Shown: positions 20,103 through 28,702 of the stretch, piece after piece
Position numbering within the stretch: the first letter of the stretch is position 1
Layout: every line of letters starts with the position of its first letter
Virus record (IMG/VR): IMGVR_UViG_3300009167_000002
Location: 1-51,270 of that record
Direction: 5' to 3' (one strand)
Length of the DNA: 51,270 nt
DNA from: a virus
Lineage: Duplodnaviria; Caudoviricetes
Made by a program: the position numbers and the translations under genes
Notes under the pieces: model-generated
The model's database searches: none
The model's input: only the letters and a program-made list of their open reading frames with translations
Told to the model about the DNA's origin: nothing

Positions 20103-20545
20103 ACACAGAATTAATACCACGATTTGCACGAATGGTTGGGGGTAATATTCTTAATGTGGGAATACATAAGAGTTGGGATTACAGGATTTTTTATACTACC
20201 AGAGGTTGTACATACACCACCCTAGATATTAAACCAGAACTGCATCCAGATATAGTGGCTGACATCACAGATTGCAAACTACCAGATAAAAGTTATGACG
20301 GTATTGAAGCAATAGGAATGTATGAGATGGTAAAGGACTGGCCTAAAGCAATAAATGAACTTTATAGAATATTAAAAGATGACGGTAAGTTGCTAGTAAC
20401 CTTTGCTGGGGTAGGATTCTTCTATGGTACCACCAAACCAGAGGAAGTCTTTGAAAAGATAAAGCCATTCAGGGCCACCGAAGTTTATATCAGTTATTAT
20501 AAGAATGGTGCTGTTGAGTATATCTCCCTAATCTGTAAGAAGTAG
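20075..20545 (+). CDS. Methyltransferase-domain protein
   Basis: ILNVG, PDIVADI, ELYRILKDDG. Confidence 0.8.
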   Translation: MASISRRFLNTELIPRFARMVGGNILNVGIHKSWDYRIFYTTRGCTYTTLDIKPELHPDIVADITDCKLPDKSYDGIEAIGMYEMVKDWPKAINELYRILKDDGKLLVTFAGVGFFYGTTKPEEVFEKIKPFRATEVYISYYKNGAVEYISLICKK

Positions 20546-20551
20546 TCTCCT

Positions 20552-20561
20552 AAGTTATAAT
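20552..20561 (+). promoter_or_regulatory. Late leaderless promoter AAGTTATAAT
   Basis: 6 nt before ATG 20568. Confidence 0.7.
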
Positions 20562-20567
20562 TAAGGT

Positions 20568-22001
20568 ATGGCAACCTACGCAACGTGGAACTCATCAGAT
20601 AAGAGTGGAAATATTACTTTGTCGGGTGGTAATTTAGTTGCTACTAATGAGACTTCATCTGACTGGAGTGGGGTTCGTGCTAACCTTTCAAAATCTACTG
20701 GTAAATGGTATTGGGAAACTACAATTACTAACTGTGTTGGTAACACTTCCATTATGATAGGTGTTGGTAATAGCACGGCTAGCTTGGCAAATTATATGGG
20801 GTCTGATACTAACAGCTGGGCTTATTACTTCACTGGTCAAAAGTTTCCCGAAGCATATTATGGTGAGGCATATACCGAAAATGATGTTATTGGCGTGGCA
20901 TTAAACCTTGATGATGGAGAGATAACTATGTACAAAAACGGGTTTTCGCAAGGGTTAATGTTTGATACATTATCTGGAACCCTTTTCCCAATGACTTGTA
21001 TGCAAGAGGGTAATACAGACAGCCCAATAACAACAACCAATTTTGGTGCATCCTCTTTTGTATATTCAGTGCCTGATGGATATAATGCTGGCTTTTATGA
21101 ATCAGAATTAACAACAACATCAACCACAACGACCTCAACTTCGACATCTTCCTCGACAAGCTCTACCTCCTCATCATCATCTTCAACATCATCTACGACA
21201 ACAACTACTACCTCGACTTCCACATCGAGTTCAACAACATCGTCTACTTCCACGTCAAGTTCGTCAACGTCATCCAGCTCGTCATCAAGCTCGACATCCT
21301 CAACAGTAACTTCAAGCTCTACAACATCGTCAACGTCTACATCAAGTTCAACCTCGACATCTACAACTTCTACCAGTACATCCAGCAGTTCAACAACTAC
21401 AGGGCTTCCCACTTGCTTAGTAGACCAGATAACTTTGGGTCTTGGTTCATCTACTGGGGGTTTGGGTTGGGGAACGACAAGTACCGTAAAGGTGGCTCAA
21501 ACTTTTACGCCAACTTTTACTGCAGACGTTTGTTGTATACGTGTAAAATTATCAAAAACGGGTTCTCCTACAGATAATATTGAGTGTAAAATTTATACAG
21601 ATGGTACGACAGAGCCAGGAACTCTTGTTGCAACATCAACGAATACCGTAGCTGGAACAGATTTAACAACATCTCTTGTGGAAAAAACTTTTGATTTTAG
21701 TACGGGTGATAATTTAACTGGTGCAACAAAGTATTGGGTGGTTTTCAGCAGAACTGGTTCTACTTCAAATACCAATTATTATAAAATACTTTATGAAACA
21801 AAGACTTCTCAATTTTATACAGGGGGTTCTCTATGGGGTTATAGTACTCTTTGGGAGGAGTATGACTATGCCTATTGGGGAGAATACATTCATATATCTT
21901 TTAGTGAGTTTTATTATTGTCCTCCACCACACATGGTATTGACTTCGGGAACAATCTTTGACGAAAGTAAAGTTGGTTCTATTTATAGATTACCTAGATA
22001 A
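20568..22001 (+). CDS. Putative virion surface protein: SPRY/ConA-like domain - 97-aa S/T stalk - beta-sandwich - C-terminal anchor motif
   Basis: GKWYWE...DVIGVALNLDDGEITMYKNG (SPRY-like); S/T tract 21111-21401; C-terminus GTIFDESKVGSIYRLPR. Confidence 0.75.
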   Translation: MATYATWNSSDKSGNITLSGGNLVATNETSSDWSGVRANLSKSTGKWYWETTITNCVGNTSIMIGVGNSTASLANYMGSDTNSWAYYFTGQKFPEAYYGEAYTENDVIGVALNLDDGEITMYKNGFSQGLMFDTLSGTLFPMTCMQEGNTDSPITTTNFGASSFVYSVPDGYNAGFYESELTTTSTTTTSTSTSSSTSSTSSSSSSTSSTTTTTTSTSTSSSTTSSTSTSSSSTSSSSSSSSTSSTVTSSSTTSSTSTSSSTSTSTTSTSTSSSSTTTGLPTCLVDQITLGLGSSTGGLGWGTTSTVKVAQTFTPTFTADVCCIRVKLSKTGSPTDNIECKIYTDGTTEPGTLVATSTNTVAGTDLTTSLVEKTFDFSTGDNLTGATKYWVVFSRTGSTSNTNYYKILYETKTSQFYTGGSLWGYSTLWEEYDYAYWGEYIHISFSEFYYCPPPHMVLTSGTIFDESKVGSIYRLPR

Positions 22002-22003
22002 AT

Positions 22004-22159
22004 ATGACGACATCAACTACAACATCAACATCTACATCAACAACTTCTACAAGCACTTCTTCAAGCACAACGACAACAGATTTTTCTACTTATACCTATG
22101 GAGAGATAGTGGAAGAAAAAACAATAGGATCAATCTATAGAATACCCAGAAGTGATTAG
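22004..22159 (+). CDS. 51-aa mini-protein: 24-aa S/T tract plus the shared C-terminal anchor motif (missing from the ORF track)
   Basis: MTTSTTTSTSTSTTSTSTSSSTTTTDFSTYTYGEIVEEKTIGSIYRIPRSD; TAAATATG junction after 22001. Confidence 0.8.
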   Translation: MTTSTTTSTSTSTTSTSTSSSTTTTDFSTYTYGEIVEEKTIGSIYRIPRSD

Positions 22160-22181
22160 GGTAAGTTATAATAAAATTGCT

Positions 22182-23960
22182 ATGAAAAATTTATTTAACC
22201 CGTTTGTTTTAATCTTTTCTAAAGAATGGTTCAGGCTTAATCAGGAATTATTACTGAAGTTAGCTAATTCATGGATGGGTAGAAAGATTCTTTGTATTGA
22301 CGGCAAGAAGTCTTCTGTTGGAAAAAATAAGATAACTGAGATAGCTCCTAATTACATTCGTTGGAGGAATACATTTGAGTTTAGAACTCACAATAAATTT
22401 TCAAAAAGACTCTATTATGCTTTTAGACCAGTGTGGTTACTTGTTCACGCTTGGGATATTCTCATAGCCAATACTTTTAAACCCGCATGGAATTTAGGAT
22501 TTGATTCTATTACAAGGTATCCCGTTGCTGGTTCCGTTGAACCAGTAGACGGTCAGGCAAGGAGACAGGGTATTGATGAAACTCTGGCTGTAATAAGAAG
22601 TAGTGCGGGTAATAATGCTTCCGATAATGACACCTCAATGGCTTGTGTTTACTTGGCGGCCTCTACGACAACGAGCCAGTTTCAGAGACTTGTAAGATGT
22701 TACTTTCTATTTGATACAAGTGCCATTGCGGGTGGAACCGTAACGGCTACCGTTTTATCTCTTTATGGGAATGATGCTATTTTTACTGGTGCCAAATCAA
22801 ACCAAATTGGTTCTCCAAGTTGTGAAATTGTTGCTTCAACTCCCGCCTCTACATCTACTATTGCAAACTCTGATTATGGAAATATAGGTGGAACAAGTTT
22901 TGCGACAATAATTTATGCTAATTGGACTAACAATGCTTATAATGATTTTACTCTAAGTGCAGCAGGTAGAGCAAATGTATCAACTTCAGGAATATCTAAA
23001 TTTGGAACCCGTTCAGATTGGGATGTAAACAATAACTTTACTGGTTCCTGGTCTTCAGGTGGTACCTCTGGTATGGAATGTAGTATGGCCGATCTCACAG
23101 GAACGACTGAGGACCCCAAGCTAGTTGTTACCTATAATGCAGCTACAACAACATCAACTACCACAACTACATCCTCGTCAACTACGACTAGCACAAGCAC
23201 TAGCACGAGCACCAGTACAACCACTTCCTCAACAACCAGCAGTTCCACGACAACATCTGCCGTTACCGTTACGTCAACGACAACGACAACCTCAACCTCC
23301 ACATCCACATCTACCAGCACGAGCACAACGTCATCCACATCCTCGTCAACAACCACATCCACTAGCACAAGCACAACATCCAGCTCGACCAGTTCCTCTA
23401 CAACGTCATCAAGCACGTCTACATATACGAGCACAACCACATCTAGCACGACCAGTTCCACAACATCTAGTACGAGCACATCAACTTCAACCTCCACATC
23501 TACGTCTACTTCCACCAGCACAAGTACGACCAGCTCCACATCATCCAGCACCAGCACATCTACGAGCACTACCTCATCCAGTACCACATCCTCCACAACA
23601 TCCTCGACCTCCACATCAACAAGTTCCAGCTCGACATCTTCGTCAACATCAACGACCACAAGCACCAGCTCAACTTCGTCATCAACAAGTACAACATCCA
23701 GCACCAGTACATCTACGAGCACCAGTTCAACGACCTCCACCACAAGCTCGACATCATCCAGCACGACTTCAACCTCATCCAGTACCTCAACGACATCATC
23801 TACAACGTCATCTACATCAACGAGTTCGTCAACGTCTACCTCAACCAGCTCAACCTCAACCAGCACCACCTCAACAACTACACCTTGGCCTGAACCCGAG
23901 TGGCATAGCGGTAGAATTGTTTTTGAATCTCACTTTGGAGAAAGATATATTAAGTCATAG
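22182..23960 (+). CDS. Putative virion surface protein: basic N-domain - beta-sandwich (DNRLRE/CBM-like) - 246-aa S/T stalk - C-terminal anchor motif
   Basis: RCYFLFDTSAI...LSLYG...PKLVVTY; S/T tract 23145-23882; ends GRIVFESHFGERY; AAGTTATAAT at 22163-22172 supports ATG 22182. Confidence 0.75.
   Translation: MKNLFNPFVLIFSKEWFRLNQELLLKLANSWMGRKILCIDGKKSSVGKNKITEIAPNYIRWRNTFEFRTHNKFSKRLYYAFRPVWLLVHAWDILIANTFKPAWNLGFDSITRYPVAGSVEPVDGQARRQGIDETLAVIRSSAGNNASDNDTSMACVYLAASTTTSQFQRLVRCYFLFDTSAIAGGTVTATVLSLYGNDAIFTGAKSNQIGSPSCEIVASTPASTSTIANSDYGNIGGTSFATIIYANWTNNAYNDFTLSAAGRANVSTSGISKFGTRSDWDVNNNFTGSWSSGGTSGMECSMADLTGTTEDPKLVVTYNAATTTSTTTTTSSSTTTSTSTSTSTSTTTSSTTSSSTTTSAVTVTSTTTTTSTSTSTSTSTSTTSSTSSSTTTSTSTSTTSSSTSSSTTSSSTSTYTSTTTSSTTSSTTSSTSTSTSTSTSTSTSTSTSTTSSTSSSTSTSTSTTSSSTTSSTTSSTSTSTSSSSTSSSTSTTTSTSSTSSSTSTTSSTSTSTSTSSTTSTTSSTSSSTTSTSSSTSTTSSTTSSTSTSSSTSTSTSSTSTSTTSTTTPWPEPEWHSGRIVFESHFGERYIKS
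23145..23882 (+). repeat. Longest Ser/Thr low-complexity coding tract (246 codons)
   Basis: ACN/TCN/AGY codons almost exclusively; not a perfect tandem repeat. Confidence 0.95.
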
Positions 23961-23985
23961 GTGGCTTGGTGAGTTATAATAAAGT

Positions 23986-24060
23986 ATGGCATTAACAAGA
24001 GGAAGCCAACCCGATTTGTTGGTTAAGAAAAATAGAAAGGGTAAGCGTAAGAAGAAATGA
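23986..24060 (+). CDS. 24-aa basic peptide MALTRGSQPDLLVKKNRKGKRKKK
   Basis: GAGTTATAAT 5 nt upstream (23971-23980); ATGA overlap with the next gene. Confidence 0.6.
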   Translation: MALTRGSQPDLLVKKNRKGKRKKK

Positions 24061-25274
24061 AGGTCCTTGTATCAAATCCAGTTTTAATTGATGACGAAAG
24101 AAGTTCCGTATCTACTGACTACAGTAGCGGAACAAGTCTTTATGTTGATAATAATGAGGGTTTTACTACCAACTGGTTTGTGATAGTGGGTGAACCAGGA
24201 CAAGAGAAGACTGAATCAAGAAAGATTACGGGAACATCGGGAACTACAATCATTACTCTTTTATCGGCACTTAGTTTCTCACACGCCAAATCAACCCCAG
24301 TATATCTATCTCAATGGGACTACATTGCCTTTGAACAAAAACAAAGTGTGGGAAGTTATGCGGCAATTTCTACCTCACCACTGGCCATAGAGTGGGACAA
24401 TGACAACAATAAAACCCTGGTAGTTGTGTCGGGTGGAACATCTACCGACTACTACAAGTGGAGATATTATAATTCTGCAACGGGAGAATACTCGGAATAC
24501 TCGGATGAGTTGGCTGGTACGGGATTTACCAGATATACCGCAGGATATGTACTCCAACAGGTAAAGAAGAATCCTCTGGCACAGATGGTTGACGATGAAA
24601 CCATGTTTAATTATATGAATGACTACCAGACGGATGTAGTATATCCAGAACTTCCAAAGGCTTGGTGGTTTTCAAAGGAAGGCACGGCTGTTGCCACCTC
24701 AACTACCACAAGAACCTTTGATATCTATACCAACTGGCCCACACTATCCTCGGTAAGATATGTACTATATAGATATATAAGCGGGGATACGGATATAACC
24801 TATCCTTTAACATGGAGTCCAACCTCTGAGTTTTATAATCTTAAATCGGATGCCAACCAAGCGGCTGATGACTATGCTAAATACTGGACACTTCTTCCGC
24901 CTGATTCAACAGCAACCAAAGGCTATATTGCCATCCATCCACAACCAAAGACGGATGATTGTTATGTTAAGCCTGTCTACTATTATGAATTAACCGACCT
25001 TAATTCTTACGGGGATACCTTAGTTGTTCCCTACCCAAAAGGATATATTGATTATGTATTCTACAGGATTTGCGATGACATTAAATCAGATAGTTCAAAT
25101 GCTGAAAAATATAATGCCAGAGTTACACGTTCAATTACTTATCTTAAAAGAATATCACGAAGACAACTGGGACAGCCTGAGTTATTTAGGTACAGGGGAA
25201 CAAGAGGATGGAGCCAGTTGTTTGGGGAACAATCAAGATTAGATAGTAGTGATGCCAGAGAACTCTACTGGTAG
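24057..25274 (+). CDS. Head-tail adaptor / tail tubular protein A-like with N-terminal beta extension
   Basis: Position before the nozzle; C-half pattern (NYMND...AWWF...IHPQP...YY...IDYV...AEKY) resembles podovirus adaptors. Confidence 0.55.
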   Translation: MKVLVSNPVLIDDERSSVSTDYSSGTSLYVDNNEGFTTNWFVIVGEPGQEKTESRKITGTSGTTIITLLSALSFSHAKSTPVYLSQWDYIAFEQKQSVGSYAAISTSPLAIEWDNDNNKTLVVVSGGTSTDYYKWRYYNSATGEYSEYSDELAGTGFTRYTAGYVLQQVKKNPLAQMVDDETMFNYMNDYQTDVVYPELPKAWWFSKEGTAVATSTTTRTFDIYTNWPTLSSVRYVLYRYISGDTDITYPLTWSPTSEFYNLKSDANQAADDYAKYWTLLPPDSTATKGYIAIHPQPKTDDCYVKPVYYYELTDLNSYGDTLVVPYPKGYIDYVFYRICDDIKSDSSNAEKYNARVTRSITYLKRISRRQLGQPELFRYRGTRGWSQLFGEQSRLDSSDARELYW

Positions 25275-25294
25275 TTGTAGTAGGAGTGTAGAAA

Positions 25295-25579
25295 ATGGCG
25301 ACAAACATTTCAGAAAAACCTTATCCTATATTTGATTTATCGGGAGGATGCCAGAGAAAAACGACTAAGTTTATGGGCACCCAGAATCAAGTAGATTTAC
25401 CTGTTAATGCAGACTTTAGCAGAATAGGTGGAGTGCAAAAAATATTAGGGCATGAACGATTGGGTAATACAATAACCACATCTTCCACAACTTCCACTTC
25501 TACCTCCACCTCCACCTCAACAACAAGTTCGACAACAAGCAGTACAAGTTCAAGTACGACAACAACAGCAGGAGCATAA
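25295..25579 (+). CDS. N-terminal fragment of tail nozzle (tubular protein B / P22 gp10-like) with ~31-aa S/T tail
   Basis: FDLSGG...N.DF...GGVQKILG resembles nozzle N-termini; S/T tail ends TTTTAGA. Confidence 0.5.
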   Translation: MATNISEKPYPIFDLSGGCQRKTTKFMGTQNQVDLPVNADFSRIGGVQKILGHERLGNTITTSSTTSTSTSTSTSTTSSTTSSTSSSTTTTAGA

Positions 25580-25583
25580 ACAT

Positions 25584-27095
25584 ATGGCAAGCATAGCGGG
25601 AATTTGGAGTCATAATTTTTCATCGGGAACGGAAGAGTTATTGGCCGTGTGGAAAAATGCCGTAATGAAAAGATACGGCAGTGCTTGGTATAAAGTGTCA
25701 GGCAGTTGGCTTACCGACAGCCTTGATAATTACATGGATAGCTTTCTGGATAATGTATTCGGAGTCAATGGAACCGATGCCAACTGGTCTTATGACGGAA
25801 GTAATTTTAGTCAGGCTACAAATGTTGCCGATGCACCCATAGCCAAGTTTGTTAAAAGACACCAGACAAGACTCTATTTATTTAATATAGCGATAGGCAA
25901 TACATCATATAAATCACGCTGTTGGTATTCTGATTTACCAGAAAATAATACAATTACATGGGGGCTGGAAACTGGAAGTGATTTGGTTCAAACAGCTGAT
26001 AGTGCAACCGTTACCTCGGCTGGTAGTTTATTTAAAACCAGAAATATAAAAGTAGGCGACCCCCTAATAATAATATCTGGTGCAAACACGGGAGAATATA
26101 CCATCAAATCCGTAGATTCGGAAACCCAACTTACATTGATTGATTCCGATGAGATGTCATCTACTGTTACTGGTTCTTTTTGGACTGGAAGTAATTGGTT
26201 TGATGTTCAGACCGATGACGGAGATATTGGTATGGGTATGACCGTTGCTTCCAATGAACTGATACTTTATAAAAAGAACTCGGCCCACAGATATAATGCC
26301 ACTGGTCAGGAATTAAGACAGATTAAAAGTATGCCAGGCACTACATCATCAAGAAGTTTAGTGGTTGGCACAGACGGCTACTCTTATTCATACCATCCAA
26401 CGGGAATATACCGAACATTGGGAACAACTGGCGAAAACATAAGCGAAGCTATTTACGATATCACAGAGAATGTTGCCACCGCATTTCAGGACAATGTTGT
26501 AGCTTGGGAGGAGGATAAAAACTTCATTGTCTTTCATTTGGGAGATGTAACCACGAGAGACGGAGAGACAATATCAAACTGCGAGGTTAAATTTGATGAG
26601 GGAGCAAAGAACTGGACAATCCAAAGCAGAGACAGGCAATTAACTTGTGCAACTAACTGGCTTGAGGGCAATGTCCAGAACGTCTACGGAGGAAGTACTG
26701 CTAATGATGTGTATAAATTAAACTATGGTAATTCATTTACTACAGGAAGCACAGTTAATCCAATACACTTTGGACTTGAATTGAAGGAGGTATTCCCCGA
26801 AGGAAGCGAGGCAATAGTAGACTTTAATAGAATAAGGGCCTATGTAGATAATGGTCCAGACATCCAGATAATGTATAAGCTAATCTATAAGCCGACAAGC
26901 AGAGAGGACTTCTGGATAAGTGATACTATGTGGAAGCCTCTTAGGGGTTCACAAAGAGGCGGAAGGAATGAGTGGTACTTTCCTCTGGGTTCAAGAGCAT
27001 CGGGTGTTAAGTTGAAAGTTATTGAGAGTTCCACAAAGGAATCATTCCTATTGGAAAAGTTAGTATTGTATTATTCAAACGTATCAAATAGATAA
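25584..27095 (+). CDS. Tail nozzle / tubular protein B-like (beta-propeller)
   Basis: HQTRLYL, WYSD, DGDIGMGM...LILYKKNS, ENISEAI patterns; size and position. Confidence 0.6.
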   Translation: MASIAGIWSHNFSSGTEELLAVWKNAVMKRYGSAWYKVSGSWLTDSLDNYMDSFLDNVFGVNGTDANWSYDGSNFSQATNVADAPIAKFVKRHQTRLYLFNIAIGNTSYKSRCWYSDLPENNTITWGLETGSDLVQTADSATVTSAGSLFKTRNIKVGDPLIIISGANTGEYTIKSVDSETQLTLIDSDEMSSTVTGSFWTGSNWFDVQTDDGDIGMGMTVASNELILYKKNSAHRYNATGQELRQIKSMPGTTSSRSLVVGTDGYSYSYHPTGIYRTLGTTGENISEAIYDITENVATAFQDNVVAWEEDKNFIVFHLGDVTTRDGETISNCEVKFDEGAKNWTIQSRDRQLTCATNWLEGNVQNVYGGSTANDVYKLNYGNSFTTGSTVNPIHFGLELKEVFPEGSEAIVDFNRIRAYVDNGPDIQIMYKLIYKPTSREDFWISDTMWKPLRGSQRGGRNEWYFPLGSRASGVKLKVIESSTKESFLLEKLVLYYSNVSNR

Positions 27096-27096
27096 T

Positions 27097-27633
27097 ATGG
27101 CAGACAAATATGATTACACAACTGTAGGGTTTGATGAGTTTTTCCATAGAGCCTCCAATGATGTGGAAACAGAATACATGGATGATACGACATCACAAAC
27201 TCTAACCCAATTACCTGCGACAAACATTACTGGTGATATAAAAATAGAAAACATGGTAACAAATTTAACTGCCGATACTGGTATATCAACTGCAACAACA
27301 AGTCTAACTGATGGTTCATCTGCATATTTAACAACATCATTAACCGACCAAGTTTACCCAGATAGATTGATGGTTGGCGTTTGCGAAATAACATGCTATC
27401 AGGGAACAACAACCTCTACGGGTTATGCCATACCCTATGGTGCAAGTGTAACTGCTGGACATACTTGGTACACAGCCTATGATTATCAAAGAAATGTAAG
27501 TGTTGCATCAAAGCCAGGTAAAAGTCTTAGTTATCTTTATTGGTTAAAAAACGATACTGGGGGAACACTGACCTATACTTGGATAATACGTTGGAGATAT
27601 GTAGGCAAGACAACACCAATTAAGACAAGTTAA
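27097..27633 (+). CDS. Putative tail needle/fibre protein
   Basis: Follows the nozzle; beta-rich C-terminus. Confidence 0.4.
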   Translation: MADKYDYTTVGFDEFFHRASNDVETEYMDDTTSQTLTQLPATNITGDIKIENMVTNLTADTGISTATTSLTDGSSAYLTTSLTDQVYPDRLMVGVCEITCYQGTTTSTGYAIPYGASVTAGHTWYTAYDYQRNVSVASKPGKSLSYLYWLKNDTGGTLTYTWIIRWRYVGKTTPIKTS

Positions 27634-27845
27634 TGAGAAAAATATTAATATCAAAAAGCGGTAATGTATCTTTTATTGAGGGCCCTGGTAACTATGATGT
27701 TACTATAAACAGTGATAGCGACCCAAATATAGAAGAACATAATGTTAGCAGTGTAGATAATAAACTATGGAAAAAATGGAAAGAAGAAAGGGTAAGTGCA
27801 AAACAAATCAAAAAAGAGTTAAAGAGTTCGCAACATAAGTTATAA
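27633..27845 (+). CDS. Hypothetical protein
   Basis: TAATG-coupled ORF. Confidence 0.55.
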   Translation: MRKILISKSGNVSFIEGPGNYDVTINSDSDPNIEEHNVSSVDNKLWKKWKEERVSAKQIKKELKSSQHKL

Positions 27846-27852
27846 TGAAAGT

Positions 27853-28701
27853 ATGGCAATTTGGGAATCGGGAGAATACGATGCAGCATATAACAGGATA
27901 GCACCCTACTATCAGGGTTGGCCTCGTTGGCAAGCGTTGGCTGATTTTTATGAAGCAAAAGGTGGGGATATGAGCAGGCTAACTGGTGGTGGTGGAAGTA
28001 AAACATCATCGGCAGAAGATTATGCTAAAGCTATAGCAGAAGCCGCAAAAAAACAAGTAGAAGCTGAAACTAAATTTCTTGAAGGGTATAAAGCAACCAA
28101 TCCTTTCGTGTTTGATGAAGAACTTGCACGCAAATCTGCACAAACTGAGTATGAACCATACTACAGTGAATTATTAAAAGACTATGTGGGCAACCTTGAA
28201 ACACAACGGCAAACTACAAGAGGAGAATCTGCATTACTGACTACCTTGAATAAACTTGACACTGGAACACGCACTCTTGCTTATCAGAACGCCGTACGCA
28301 ATGCCGAGGAAGGCTACGCGGGAAGAGGAATGTTCTTCAGCGGTGCAAGGAATAGGGCCGTAGGACAGCAAGAGATAAACTATGAGACAGGTATGGAAGA
28401 GGCACAGTCAAGGTATGAAACAGGCAAGGCTGGATATGAAAGACAACTCGGTGTATATGATACCTTAGAAGAACAGAAAAGAAGAGATATCTTTGGTGGA
28501 GATGTGGCATTGGGTGGGTTGGCAAAGTATGGTGGAAGGCAAGGAGAATACCAGGCGGCACTAGAAAGTGGAATATTACAAAGAGGCAAGGAAGCGGTTA
28601 CTGCATACAATGTACCATTTGAACAGGCTTATTACAGACAATTTGGTGCAACAAATAATCGAGTAAAGGGGTACACAGTACCCGAATATTACCGAGCATA
28701 A
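27853..28701 (+). CDS. Putative internal virion/ejection protein
   Basis: Helical Ala/Gln/Glu-rich; RGMFFSG; AAGTTATAAT at 27837-27846. Confidence 0.55.
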   Translation: MAIWESGEYDAAYNRIAPYYQGWPRWQALADFYEAKGGDMSRLTGGGGSKTSSAEDYAKAIAEAAKKQVEAETKFLEGYKATNPFVFDEELARKSAQTEYEPYYSELLKDYVGNLETQRQTTRGESALLTTLNKLDTGTRTLAYQNAVRNAEEGYAGRGMFFSGARNRAVGQQEINYETGMEEAQSRYETGKAGYERQLGVYDTLEEQKRRDIFGGDVALGGLAKYGGRQGEYQAALESGILQRGKEAVTAYNVPFEQAYYRQFGATNNRVKGYTVPEYYRA

Positions 28702-28702
28702 T

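Noticed and set aside
4133-20545. GT cluster as a DNA hypermodification system
   Set aside because: No recognisable base-activating enzymes (dCMP/dUMP hydroxymethylase, TET/JBP, Dpd) or DNA polymerase; position among S/T structural genes fits protein glycosylation better. Not formally excluded.
4133-20545. GT cluster as a serotype-conversion locus or a mis-assembled host O-antigen island
   Set aside because: No flippase, polymerase or membrane GT and no integrase; genes are tightly coupled to phage genes in the same style
21958-22140. 60-aa Asn/Tyr-rich ORF in the track
   Set aside because: Wrong frame; 22004-22159 encodes the S/T tract and the shared C-terminal motif
23132-23869. Minus-strand Val/Asp/Glu/Leu-rich ORFs (also 1652, 2035, 21095, 25387) and alternative-frame Gln/His/Pro-rich ORFs (2043, 23125)
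   Set aside because: Shadow frames of the Ser/Thr codon tracts, which lack stops; no independent start signals
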